Source: Mobula hypostoma
Lineage: Eukaryota
Reading direction: 5' to 3'
Assembly (NCBI RefSeq): GCF_963921235.1
Contig: NC_086097.1
Coordinates: 85,562,001 to 85,626,000 of the forward strand
Length of the DNA: 64,000 nt
Part shown: one piece after another, positions 1-12,054 of the stretch
How positions within the stretch are numbered: position 1 is the first letter of the stretch
Layout of the letters: every line of letters begins with the position of its first letter
The notes under the pieces: generated by a model
What the model was told of the DNA's origin: nothing
What the model saw: only the letters and a program-made list of their open reading frames with translations
Databases searched by the model: none
Made by a program: the position numbers and the translations under genes

Positions 1-95
1 CGAAGATCTTGCTATAGAGATAGCATAGCAAAAATTAACTCAAATATGTCCAGGAGTGACACGACCGACACATATAGAGAGAGGCTGAGATTATA

Positions 96-1197
96 TCTAT
101 ATATTACAAAAACTCCCACGCTCTGTCTGTCTGATTGTCTGTTTGTGACCTCCAATTAGCGCAAATGGTGCATTACCATTTATTGACTAAGTCGAATTAA
201 AATGTGCTAACTTACAGAATGCAGGCAAAGTTCAGGGTTATATATTCATATAAAATTGCTCATTCGCCAAAATCAACAGGCTTGTTTTCACCCGAGAGCC
301 GATCCGCCACCATGGAAATCGGGACACGACAACCCGATGCATGCGCACGGCCAGCCTCAGCAGCGACACCTACTGGAGCAAAAGGGCAGGGCAGCTCTAT
401 TTCAAGGGGTCACATTCTGCTAATCACCATCAGCATGTGCAGGATTGGGACAGATCTAACTGCCACCCATCAATAAGAGATAATTAAATCTTATTGTAAT
501 GACGTACTTCGAGACTCCCATAAAACACTTTGCTGCAGCCAAAGGACAGCGGTGACTATATCAAGTCCACTTAGGAGAGCGCCAACCACATCATCAAGAA
601 TAATCAGCATCCTTTGGTGTTACTGCTTCGTATCTTCTATCCAGCATTAGGGTAAAGAAAATGGTCAGCCTAATTATGCCACATGGAAAGGGAAGGGGGA
701 CATTATGGTCAAGAGATGATGCCAAACATCATCAGGAAGCGGCAAGGAGAGGGAGAGGTTAAGAATTGGATGAGGCCGGGGCCGCACAACTCCAGGATCA
801 AAGAGTCAGGACAAAAAAAGATGAGAGAAGAAGAGACAAAGGAGGAGAGGCATGCACGTCTCCAGAATCAGAGACAAACAACAAACAGCAGAAGAGATGA
901 AGAGATGAAGAGACGGGGGATGAAGGGGCTGCTTGTCTCCAGAATGACAACGAGAGGCACAAAGGTGGCAGATCAACCAGAAATGATGCCAACAAAAGTG
1001 TCCTTCGTTGAACGAGGAGGAGCTATATTTGCTTTGCTACGCATTGCTCTTCTTTAATAAATTGAGGTTTGCTACTTCAGTTTCCAATGCAAAGCGATAC
1101 CAATAGCATTCAGGAAAATTTAATGTTCATTCTGGTCACATCAGACTGCACTACCCCTCTCTCAAAGGGTGCCCCAACGGGTCACCCCGTTGTCTAT
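96..1197 (+). mobile_element. Non-autonomous Helitron-like element
   Basis: Starts A|TCTATATATTAC (TC after A). Ends with a GC-rich hairpin (gggtgccc-caac-gggtcaccc, 1167-1187) then CTAT|T (degenerate CTAG|T). Internal ORF 683-1057 has REEETKEERHARLQ, resembling the charged repeats at the N-terminus of RepHel proteins. No Rep or helicase domain is present. Confidence 0.65.
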
Positions 1198-1269
1198 TCT
1201 TTACTAAAACCGAAGTCTCTGAAGACTTTGGATTTTTACTTAGGTGCCTCTGTTTCTAAAGCTCCATTG

Positions 1270-1600
1270 CACATGTGCTATTTTTATTAGTCCTTCCACA
1301 ATGCATCACCTCACACTTATCATGAAGAAATTCCAACTGCATTGCTCCACGTCTCATCACACTAATCAACATCAGTTGTAGCCTGACTACTGTCTTTACC
1401 AAAAACAACTTCACCAATTTTCACATCAAAATTGTTATTGCATACAACAGCACTGATCCCTGTTGTACAATCCAGTCACAAAAAAAGATCCTCCACCGTC
1501 ACTTTCTGCTTCCAATTGCTTACACAATTGTCAGTCCAGTTCCCCAACTTTTCCTGCCTCTTACAGATCCTTAGGCCATGTGGGCCTACCAGAGACTCTG
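1270..1600 (-). mobile_element. Old CR1-like LINE RT fragment
   Basis: Degenerate similarity to the reverse complement of the CR1 RT C-terminal region (e.g. atgcatcacctcacactt). Confidence 0.35.
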
Positions 1601-1619
1601 TACACTAAAGCTTTTTAGA

Positions 1620-1890
1620 GATGAGCTTTATTTGTCACATGTACATCGAAACATGCAGTGAAATGCATCATCTGCATCAGGTCAAATAGGCGAGGATTGT
1701 GCTGGGCAGCCAGCAAGTGTTGCCACATTTCCGGTGCCGACAAAGCATGCCCAGAACTCACTCATCCTAACCCGTACATCTTTGGAATGTGGGAGGAAAC
1801 TGGAGCAGCCAGAGGAAACCCACGTGGTCACGGGGGGAACGTACAAACTCCTTACAGACGCTGGTGGGAGTCACAGCTAATAGTTCTTGG
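1620..1890 (-). mobile_element. V-SINE (HE1-like tRNA-derived SINE)
   Basis: Reverse complement of the V-domain core: tttggaatgtgggaggaaactggagcagccagaggaaacccacgtggtcacggggggaacgtacaaactcc. Confidence 0.75.
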
Positions 1891-2394
1891 CACGATGACA
1901 AATGATCTTGATTCCATCCAAGGTCTCAATCTTATCATATTCTGACTGGGGCAAGAGGTGGGTCTGGGATGGGGCGGTATTGGGGACCTGCATTTCGACA
2001 AGCCTCCAGGAACAGGGAAGTACAACATTTGATTTGTAGGAGTGTTGTACCCTGAGCCACAATGGGACATGTCTCCACTTTCCACATCCAGGTCACAAGT
2101 ACCCCCCCCCACCCAACCATCTGCCCTCTATAACATTGGACCCAGTATTAGAGGGCACCTGCATGATTAATCCCTTTGGATCAAGCAAACTAATATCTTT
2201 ATTTTTACTCCACATATTTCATCTCATCCAACCAGGTTTTCTCTTTGAACTGATTAGTGAGGTCAAAGCTCTTCTGTGGGGAGAATAGTTTAACATTTAC
2301 ATAAGTGCATTTCTTTCCCCCATTAAAGTCCTAATAATGTTCTCCTTCGTCCATTTTGATTTCCTCCACATCCCCGATTTTATTTGAGACTATA

Positions 2395-2950
2395 CACTCA
2401 GTGGTACCCCTGTACATCTGCTTGTTAATGCAATTATCTACGCAGCCAATCATGTGGCAACAACTCAAAGCATTAAAGCATGCAGACATGGTCATGAGGT
2501 TCAGTTGTTGTTCAGACCAAATATCAGAATGGGGAAGAAATGTGATCTAAGTGACTTTGACTGTGAAATGATTGTTGGTGCCAGACAGGATGGTTTGAGT
2601 ATCTCAGAAACTGCTGATCTCCTGGGATTTTCATGCACTACAGCCTCTAGAATTTACAAAGAACGGTGCGCAAGACAAAAAACATCCAGTGAGCAACAGT
2701 TCTGTGGGCGAAAATGACTTGTTAATGAGAAAGGTCAGAGGAGAACAGCCAGACTAGCTCAAGCTGACAGAAAGGTAAGAGGAACTCAAAGAACCACATT
2801 TTACAACGGTGGTGTGCAGAAGAGCATCTCTAAATGCACAACCCTTTGAACCTTGACATGGATGGGCTACAGCAGCAGAAGAGCATGAACATACAGTCAG
2901 TGGCCACTTGACTAGGCACAGGAGGTAGCTAATAAAATGGCCACAGAGTG
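2395..2950 (+). mobile_element. Non-autonomous Tc1-like element with transposase N-terminal HTH remnant
   Basis: TA|cactcagtgg ... ccacagagtg|TA termini. ORF 2454-2717 encodes MGKKCDLSDFDCEMIVGARQDGLSISETADLLGFSCTTASRIY (Tc1 paired-like HTH). A second copy is at 38314-40440. Confidence 0.8.
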
Positions 2951-3459
2951 TATGCCACTATGATGTAGACACACACAATGCCTCCTTGGTGTACCTGAGA
3001 GCTGGCAAACATGTACGCCTCTGTTGTGGAGGCTATCCACAGAAGGATAAGTTCTTGATGAATCAGATTTTTGCCAAATTCTGTGATGACAAGCTGTCAC
3101 TGACTCAATGTTTGTGTGCCTATTTTTACAGTTTGAATCATTCAATAGCTGTGCCGAGGGATGTGACAGGATCATTAAAAGATGTGCAATGTGATTGGGT
3201 CCTAGTCAAAAAGAAAGATGCACAATTCCTATACTGTACTTTGAACTTGATAACATTTTGTGAGCTTGTTCATATGTATGGGTGCCTACAGGTTATGTAG
3301 TAGTAAGTCGGAGGCAGTCTATAGTGAAAATGCGCAATGGGAAAATGGGCAATTCTCTATTGATGAAACAAGCAAAATTTAGTCTTTCAGTTTCGTTACT
3401 TAGATCTCAAAGAAAACAATGCTTAACAGTTAATTAATGCTAGTGCCCATGAGAAAACT

Positions 3460-3945
3460 GTATCTGCCAGTACTGCAGTCCAATGGCAGAGTAACCACCA
3501 GCCCTGTACATGTATTATATAATTTCATCGCTGTCCATCGGTACTGTAGTCCAGTATGGTACAAGTCTGTATCTATCAGTTTTGTGTCCAAATGTTCCAC
3601 TGTAGCAGATAGGTTCCATCATTACAATCTAGTGATAGACCTTTGTCCAACAGTTACGCAGATACAACAGACCTGTATTTGTCAGTAGATTGCCCCAGTG
3701 TTATATAGTCATAGGGCTGCATTCAGAAGTACTCTGGCCTGCTTTTCTGTGGGAACAGACCTGTTCCCATCAGCTCTTTAGCAGTAGATCTGTATCCACC
3801 AGTACTGTACCACCATGTTAGACAGTGACAGGTCCGTGCTCTCCTTTATTATGGCCTTGTATTGTACAGTGACAGAACTACTTCTGCCAATTCTGTCACA
3901 AAATGTTGTACAGTGACAGACCTTTATCCACCAGCACTGTCTGCA
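3460..3945. repeat. Highly diverged tandem repeat, unit near cagtgacagacctgtatccaccagtactgta
   Basis: Recurrent variants: agtgatagacctttgtccaacag, agtagatctgtatccaccagtactgtac, agtgacagacctttatccaccagcactgt. Confidence 0.45.
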
Positions 3946-4410
3946 TCATCTTCTGGTATGAGGGGAGGGGAGGCTACTGCACAGGACTGAAATAAGATGC
4001 AGAGGGTCTGAACTTAGTCAGCTCCATCATGGGCACTAGCCTCTGTAGTAACCAGGACAACTTCAAGGAACGATGCCTCATAAAGGTGGCATCCATCATT
4101 AAGGACCCTCATCACCCAGGACATCCCCGCTTCTCATTGCTACAATCAGGTAGGAGGTACAGAAGCCTGAAGGCACACACTCAGCAATTCAGGAACAGCT
4201 TCTTCCCCTCTACCATTCGATTTCTGAAAGGATATTGAACCCATGAACACTACCTTGTACATTATTTTTATTTTTATTTATGCACTACCTATTTAACTAT
4301 TTTATATATATATATATAATAGTTAAGTAGTGTATAATTTTTTTTCTATTACTGTGTATTGCATTGTACCGCTGCCACAAAGACAACAAATTTTATGACA
4401 TGCCGGTGAT
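3945..4410 (+). mobile_element. Rex1/Babar-like LINE 3' fragment
   Basis: ORF 4029-4238 has IIKDPHHPGHPRFSLLQSGRRYRSLKAHTQQFRNSFFPSTIR (Rex1-type C-terminus), followed by the 3' UTR tail. Confidence 0.75.
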
Positions 4411-5405
4411 CTCAATAGCTCTTCATACGGCCTTGGACCACCTGGACAACACAATGTCGGGGTGCTGTTCATCGACTATAGCTCAGCATTTAATACCATC
4501 ATTCCTACAAACTGATTGAGAAGTTACAGAACCTGGGCCTCTGTACCTCCCTCTGCAAATTGATCCTCAACTTCCTAACCAGAAGACCACAATCTGTGTG
4601 GATTGGTCATAATGTCTCCTCTTGCTGACAATCAACACTGTGCATCTCAGGGGTATATGCTTAGCCCTCTGCTCTACTCTCTCTATACCCATGACTGTCT
4701 GGCTAGGCATAGCTCAAATACCATTTATAAATTTGCTGATGATATAACTATTGCTGGTAGAATCTCAGGTGGTGACGAGAGGGTGTACAGGAGTGAGATA
4801 TGCCAACTAGTGGAATGGTGTCGCAACAACAACCTGGCAATCAATGTCAGTAAGATGAAAGAGCTGATTGTGGACTTCAGGAAGGGTAAAACGAAGTAAC
4901 AAATACCAATCCATATAGAGGGATCAGAAGTGGAGAGTGTGAGCAGTTTCAAGTTCCTGGGTGTCAAAATTTCTGAGGACCTAACCTGGTCCCAACATAT
5001 CAATGCAGTTATAAAGAATGCAAGACAGTGACTATACTTCATCAGGAGTTTGAAGAGATTTGGCATGACAACAAATACATTCAAAAACTTCTATAGATGT
5101 TCTGTGGAGAGCAGTCTGACAGGCTGCATCACTGTCTGATATGGAGGGGCTACTGCACAGGACCGAAAGAAGCTGCAGAGGGTTGTAAACTTAGTCGGCT
5201 CCATCATGGATACTGGCATACAAAGTACCCAGGACAGCTTCAAGGACCGACCGATGTTTCAGAAAGGCAGCACCCATTATTAAGGACTCCCAGCACCCAG
5301 GGCATGCCTTTTTCTCACTGTTACCATCAGGTAGGAGGTACAGAAGCCTGAAGGCACCCACTCAGCGATTCAGGAACAGCTTCTTCCCCTCTGCCATCCG
5401 ATTCA
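4411..5405 (+). mobile_element. Rex1/Babar-like LINE, RT 3' half (degenerate)
   Basis: Motifs [29 protein letters not shown] and YKFADDITIAG. C-terminus matches the copy at 3945-4410. Confidence 0.8.
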
Positions 5406-5807
5406 GCAGTATTGTATCCTTGTACTGAGAGCTGAAGGTGGATCTGGATTCTAGTCTAGAATATTAGCCCAACATTATCCCTGCTACAAGGCCCATGTTG
5501 GTCCCTAGGTCCCTAATCCATTCATAACAATTGAACAGACTTCTCTTCATCGATCAAACATCATTGAGTTCCTACCACTTCTTAACAGAACAATCCAACC
5601 AGTCACATTCCTCACCACTTTCTGAAAACCTTGTAAATGATCTACTCTAGAATGTATGCCCAATTCCATTTTGAAAGCCCTGGCCATCTCTTTTTTTAAA
5701 TCGACCTCCATAGTCAGTGCCTAAAATAGGTTTCTTATCATAAACCAGATGCATCTTTTACTCAGAATTTTGGACCTGTGCTCCAAATAATCTCTCCCTG
5801 GTTCAGG

Positions 5808-6060
5808 TATAAGACCATAAGACATAGGAGCAGAAGTAGGCCATTCATCCCATCGAGTCTGCTCCACCATTCAATCATGGGCTGATCCAATTCTTCCAGT
5901 CATCCCCACTCCCCTCCTTTCTCCCCATACCCTTTGATGCCCTGGCTAATCAAGAACCTATCTATCTCTGCCTTAAATACACCCAATGACTTGACCTACA
6001 CAGCAGCTCATGGCAACAAATTCCATAGATTTACCACCCTCTGACTAAAGCAATTTCTCC
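5808..6060 (-). mobile_element. CR1 LINE 3' end
   Basis: Tail ataagaccataagacataggagcagaagtaggccattc is the reverse complement of the CR1 3' UTR seen at 51240-51330. Confidence 0.75.
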
Positions 6061-6929
6061 AAGTATATTCGCAGTTGCTTGGGTGCAACAGGCAGCTGTG
6101 GAATTCCTATAAAATACATATATAGAATGCATCTGGTGACCCAAAAAAATCATAGAAATTCACAAAATTTATAATATTGAAGACAACTCACTTTGTAATT
6201 TACCCACCAGTCAAGTAAATGTTCCTGGTCGCATGTCATCTTGTTCTCATTTTCCATAAACCCCTTTCATTTCATCCACTTAACCGATTTCACCTTGAAT
6301 TACCAAGCCCAGGAGAATTCCAAAGGCTTTGCTAATTCTTGTGTGAAGATACCCTTCTGGTGTTCTCTTTTAAATCTCTTCCATTAACCATTTCTTCTGT
6401 AACCTCAGTGCAAGAGTGATTGAAAATGTTCTTCCTTTATCCACTATAACATAATCTTAAACACTTGCATCATACTGTCCCATATTTGAGGTAAATACAC
6501 AAGTTAGTCGGTAATGAAGTCAGAATTGCGATATATCCTGAACTGGATGGTTTTAATGACAAAAATACACGCAGTAGGGACAAACTTGATGAAGATATCC
6601 TAGTCAGTCATTTAAAAAACACTAAATTACCAATGGATTGCTAATATTTCCAAGTATAATTAAAATAGAGTCTTCCTGCTAAGTTGCTAATGTTGGCAAT
6701 ATAACAAGTCCTTCCGTTTGATAATCCTACTCCAGCTCGAATTTATGATTTTGTTTATGAAATTTTTTCTCCAGAAATCAAAGCCCTTCATTGAATGTGT
6801 TTGTTCTTCATAGTCAGATCTCAGCATCCTGGGACAGGTACAGAGAAAAGTTCCCTTTGCAATGTGCCCTATAATGTGCATCTCAACAGAAGTGTAACTC
6901 CAAGAAATCTTCGTCAATCTCAGTCAGGA

Positions 6930-7200
6930 AGTGCAGCCGAGTGAGGCAGATGGAGAAACAGACGGGAGGGGTGTCCCAGCTGACCTGCTCAGGGCAGCAG
7001 CCTGAAGGAATAGGTGTATACCAATAGGTGAATACCCACCACTGCTTTATTTGCTTCATGGAAAGACCATTGTCAAAGTAAGAAGGGAGAGGAGTGCAGC
7101 AGGCAGGGAGGGGCCCTGCTGATACTCTAACCAATGGGGAGAAGAATCTCTCCTTATACACCTCACTTAAGGCCTTGCAGAAAGTCCTTAGAAACCTACA
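6930..7200 (+). pseudogene. gag: ERV gag C-terminal remnant
   Basis: Manual translation gives ADLLRAA...PTTALFASWKDH and SLYTSL, resembling class III Gag C-terminal motifs. It lies directly upstream of the protease. Confidence 0.4.
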
Positions 7201-7284
7201 GCAACAGATGACACCTTCCCGTTCCACTCGCGTAGTGGTGTGGCCAGGGCTCCCAGCACTGTTCAGCAACTTTTTTCTCATCTG

Positions 7285-8035
7285 GGAGACCTGAGGCCTT
7301 TTAGAATTATTGCAATACATTGGGGAAAGGAAAATGTAAAACGATGGGTGGCAATAGTCAATACCGGGGCTGAGCACTCTCATCATCCCAGGCGACCCCA
7401 CACTTTCATCCCGGGCGACCCCACATTTTTATCCCGGGCGACCCCACATTTTTATCCCGGGCGACCCCACACTTTTATCCCAGGCAACCCCACATTTTTA
7501 TCCCGGGTGACCCCACATTTTTATCCCGGGCGACCCCACATTTTTATCCCGGGCGACCCCACATTTTTATCCCGGGCGACCCCACACTTTTATCCCAGGC
7601 AACCCCACATTTTTATCCCGGGCGACCCCACACTTTTATCCCAGGCAACCCCACATTTTTATCCCGGGTGACCCCACATTTTTATCCCGGGCGACCCCAC
7701 ATTTTTATCCCGGGCGACCCCACATTTTTATCTCGGGCGACCCCACATTTTTATCCCGGGCGACCCCACATTTTTATCTCGGGCGACCCCACATTTTTAT
7801 CCCGGGCGACCCCACATTTTTATCTCAGGCGACCCGACACTTTTATCGCGGGCGACCCCAACAGGTGGAGAGGTCCCCAGGTGAGGAAACAAGGACTGGA
7901 AGGTCACTTATCCTGGCCCATGCTGTTACTGTAAGGGTGTATATCAGCTCAGAACAACCAGGACCTATGTCAGTGCTGGTCTCAGCATCACCCGAGTGCA
8001 TTTTGGGTATGAATGTGCTGAAAGGTAGGTCCATC
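7285..8035 (+). pseudogene. pro: ERV aspartic protease, inactivated and split by a minisatellite
   Basis: GDLRPFRIIAIHWGKENVKRWVAIVNTGAE..IIPGDP [repeat] IAGDPNRWRGPQVR...VLVSASPECILGMNVL, versus ERV-L-type DLRPF.V.VHWGKG...LLDTGSELTLIPGDP...VVISPVPECIIGIDIL. Catalytic D is replaced by N at 7360. Confidence 0.8.
7378..7860. repeat. 23-bp minisatellite (ccccacatttttatcccgggcga) x ~21
   Basis: Directly visible head-to-tail units with few variants and no spacers. Confidence 0.97.
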
Positions 8036-8036
8036 T

Positions 8037-8867
8037 AGAGGCAGAGCGAAGTTAAGATGGCGCTAAACGGCGACTCCCTTGCTTGCATTTTGGAAACAGC
8101 TCTACTTCCATCTTTAATATCTTTATTTTTCCCTTTCAGGGTTCTTTTGAAGACCCTGACCTGGAGTTTGGTTCGACTTCAGTTCTTTGCGGTAATGGGA
8201 CCCGTCCTCGGGGTTTCAGGACTGACCGTTGTTCGGCACGCTAAGGGTTCGGCCTGAGAGGCCAGCTCAGATTTGGAAGCCTAAGATTTCGGGGCTCTGG
8301 AAACGGGCGGATCGAGGGTCAGTGTCATGGCAGGAGACCCATGTGTCATCGGAGGAGTCAGAAAATCTACCTCTGCATGCCTAAGGACCCGGGATCTTTG
8401 CGATCTTTGGGAACAGAGCTCGGAAAAAGCGATGCAATGGACTTTTAACATTATAAACCAGCGAGTTGTTTGTTATGTCTCCCCGCTTGCTGGGAAAAAT
8501 GGAGACACCTCCTTCTCCCTTATTAGAGTGCCTGTAGTATGTTGAATGCTGGGTGAAACTCAAAGTCTTTGGGGTAACTGTAAGTCTGTGTCTTTGCTAT
8601 TGCTTTGCTCATGCTTGAGTGCTTGGTGATGGGTGCTGATGCTTTTACTTTGCTGGTGGGGTGAGGGGGATTGTTGTTTGCTGCCACTTACGTGCGGGAG
8701 GGAGTGGAGATTGGGGGGACTTTGGGATTCATATGTTTAACTGTCATTCATTCTTTGGGTCACTTCTCTGCTTTCATTGTTGTTTGCAAAGGAAAAGCAT
8801 TTCAGGATGTATATTGTATATATTTCTCTGACATTAATTTGGACCTTTGAACCTCTGAACCTTTGAA
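8037..8867 (+). mobile_element. Non-autonomous retroposon (aagatggcg head, LINE-like 3' tail) inserted in ERV pro-pol
   Basis: Begins gaagttaagatggcgctaaacggcgac and ends tttcaggatgtatattgta...ctttgaacctctgaacctttgaa (short tandem tail). ERV coding sequence resumes on both sides. Confidence 0.6.
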
Positions 8868-8879
8868 TATTTGAACCCT

Positions 8880-9490
8880 GCAGACCGATAGTTTTACTTT
8901 TGGGGTGTTGGAGCTGGCCAAGTGGAGACCCTCATAATCCCGCCTCTGACCCAAGGTGGTGAACATGAAACAGTTCCGCATCCCGGTGGCACCAAGAGAC
9001 CATGGAAACAGTGAATGTACTGTTAAAGAAGGGGTTATTCGGCCAGTAACGTCCCCCGTATAATAGCCCAGTGTACTGGTGCAGAAGGGGGATGAGACAT
9101 AATGAAAGACTTTAGGCAATTGAATAAGCATACCCTGTTCGTCACAGCAGCTGTCCTGGAAGTGGTGACCATTGTAGGAGACATAAAGGGTAGGGAAAGG
9201 AAACATTGGTAAACCGTAATGAATTTGGCCAATACTTTTCCATTCCCAAGTCCCAAGACCAGTTTGCATTTTCATTGGGCGGCAAACAATATACCTTTTG
9301 TCATCTTCTGCAGGGATAATGCACAACCTGACCTTGTGCCACGGCATTATAGCTGGAAACCTACAAGGGATCTCGCTTGACCCAAACATCTCGGTCTCCG
9401 ACTACTATTGCAGGGGTCCTTGGAGGAGATGGTGCAGGAGGCATTAGTCAAGCAGATTATCCCCCTGAGGGAGAGGGGATGGTCTATTTA
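8880..9490 (+). pseudogene. pol: ERV reverse transcriptase N-terminal half (frameshifted)
   Basis: Across frames: AKWRP, PKVVNMKQFRIP, EGVIRPVTSP/YNSPV, DFRQLNKHTLFVTAAVLEVVTIV, MNLANTF, QFAFSLGGKQYTF, LCHGII, LRERGWSI. These match the ERV-L-type RT order (NQKQYRIP, DYRKLN..AAVPDVV, DLANAFF, QFAFSWQGQQYTF). Confidence 0.8.
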
Positions 9491-12054
9491 AAAAAAAAAG
9501 GATGGGTTACTCCTGAATCCGAGGGGGACTAATATCACTGTGGGTGGGTTTGCTAGAGTTGTTCAGGAGCATTTAAACTAACTTAGCAGTGGGATGGGAA
9601 CCAGAGTAATAGTGCTGAGGGTGAGGTAGCTGGTTTACAAACAGTGGCAATGTGCAGTGTTAGCAAGGAGAAGCTGATGACAGGGCAAAACTACAGTCAG
9701 CAGGATGAGTTGCAAAGTGAAAGGAGGACAAAATCGAAAAGGGTGAATACAGGACCAAAGGTGTTATATTTCAAAGTGCACAGTATACGGAATAAGATAG
9801 ATGAACTTGTAGCGCAGTTACAGATTGGCACGTGGACATCACTGGATCATGGCTGAAAGAATATTATAGTTGGAAGCTTAATGTCCAATGATACACAGGG
9901 TGTTGAAAGGACAGGCATGTAGGCAGAGGGGTTGGCATGGTTCTGTTGGTAAAAAATGAAGTCAAATCATTAGAAAGAGGTGATATAGGGTTGGAAGGTG
10001 TTGAATCATTGTGGGTAGAACTAAGGAACTGCAAGGGTAAAAAGGCCCTGATAGGAGTTGTATACAGACCCCCAAAAATAGTAAGGATATGATCTACAAA
10101 TTACAACAGCGATACAAAATCAATGTCAAAAGGTCAATGTTGCAATAGTCATGGGGTATTTCAATATGCAGGTAGATTGGGGAAATTAGGTTCGTGCTAG
10201 ATCTCAAGAGGCAGAATTTCTAGGATGCCCTACCCTAGTTTGGATTTTGTGTTATGAACTGAGAGAGCTTAAGGTAAAGGAACCCTTAGGGTCAGTGATC
10301 ATAATATGATCAAATTTACACTGAAAATTGAGAAGGAGAAGCTAAAGTAATACATATCAGCAATACAGTGGAGTAAAGGGAATTACAGATGCATGAGAAA
10401 GGAGTAGGATATATACATCCCAAAGAGGATGAAGAATTCGAAATGCAGAATGACACAACCGTGGCTAACAATAGAAGTCAAAGCCAACATAAAAACCAAA
10501 GAGAGAGCATATAATAAAAATTAGTGGGAAGTTGGAGGATTTGGAAACTTTTAAGAAACAACAGAAGGCAACTAAAAAAGTCACAAAGAAGGAAAAGATA
10601 GAATATGAAGATAAGCTTGCCCATAATATTAAAGAGGAACCAAAAGTTTCTTCAGATACATAAAGTATAAAAGAGAAGCAAGAGTAGATATCAGACCACT
10701 GGAAAATGATGCTGGAGAGGTAGTAATGGGGGACATGGAAATAGCAGATTAACTGAATAAGTATTTTGCATCAGTCTTCACTGTGGAAGACACTAGCTGT
10801 TTGGTAGAAGTGTCAGGAGACAGAAGTGAGAGTAGCTGCCATTACTAGGGAGAAGATGCTTGGGAAACTGAAAGGTCTTATGGTAGATAAGTCACCTGGA
10901 CAAGATTGAGTAACTACACCCCGAGTTCTGAAAGAGGTAACTGAAGAGATTGTGGAGGCATTAGTAATAATCTTTTGAGAAACAATAAATTCTGGATAGT
11001 TCCAAAGCACTGAAAAATTGCAAATGTCACTCCACTCTTCAAGAAGGAAGAGAGGCTAAAGAAAGTAATTTATAGGCCAGTTAGTCTGACATCAGTAATT
11101 GGGAAGATGTTGGAGTTGATTTTTAAGGATGTGGTTTCAGGGTAGATGGAGACACATAACATAGGCTATAGTCAGCACGGTTTTCTTAAGGGAAAATCTT
11201 ATGGACAAATCTGTTGGAATGCTTTGAAGAAATGGACAAAGGGGAATCAGTGGATGTTGTGTACTTGGATTTTCAGAAAGCCTTTGACAAGGTGCTGCAC
11301 ATGAGGCTTCTTAACAAGTTAAGAGCCCGTGGTATTACAGAAAAGATACTAGCGTGGATAAAGCAGTGGCTGATTGACAGGAGGCAAAGAGTGGGAAAAA
11401 GGGAGCCTTTTCTGGTTGGCTGTCAGTGACTTGTGGTGTTCCACAGTGTTGGGACCGCTTCTCTTCATGTTATCGGTCAATGATTTGGATGATGGAATTG
11501 AAGGCTTTGTGGCCAAATTTGCAGATGATATGAAGATAGGTGGTGGGACAGGTAGATTTGAGGAAATAGAGAGACTACAGAAAGACTTAGGAAGATTAGG
11601 AGAATGGGCAAAGAAGTGGCAGATGGAGTACAGTGTCAGGATGTATATGATCATGCATTTTGGTAGAAGAAATAAAAGGGGTAGACTACTTTCAAAATTG
11701 AGAGAAAATTCAGAAATCTGAGGTGCAAAGAGTCTTGGAAGTCCTCGTGCAGGGTTCTTCAAAGGTTAAATTGCAGGTTGAGTTGGTGGTGAGGAAGGCA
11801 AATGCAATGTTGACATTCATTTTTAGAGGACTAGAATATAAAAGCAAGGTCATAATGCTGAGGCTTTGTAAAGCACTGGTGAGGCCTCACTTGGAGTATT
11901 GTAAGCAGTTTTATGCCCCTTATCTGAGAAAGGATGTGCTGACATTGGAGGGGGTTCACAGCAAGTTCACGAAAATGATTCCGGGATTGAAAGGCTTGTA
12001 ATGTGAGAAGTGTTTGATGGCTCTGGGCCTCTGCTCACTGGAATTCGGAAGAAT

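Noticed and set aside
2986..3300. 104-aa ORF with a possible acceptor (tttttacag)
   Set aside because: No recognisable protein similarity and no partner exons.
6060..6930. Possible ERV 5' LTR/PBS
   Set aside because: No visible similarity to the candidate 3' LTR at 23858-24340 and no tRNA primer-binding site recognised.
7378..7860. CRISPR-like array or repetitive protein ORFs (7240-7671, 7668-7934)
   Set aside because: Units are contiguous with no unique spacers, there are no cas genes and the context is eukaryotic. The ORFs are just read-through of a 23-bp repeat.
8802..9389. 195-aa minus-strand ORF
   Set aside because: Antisense shadow of the frameshifted ERV RT on the plus strand.
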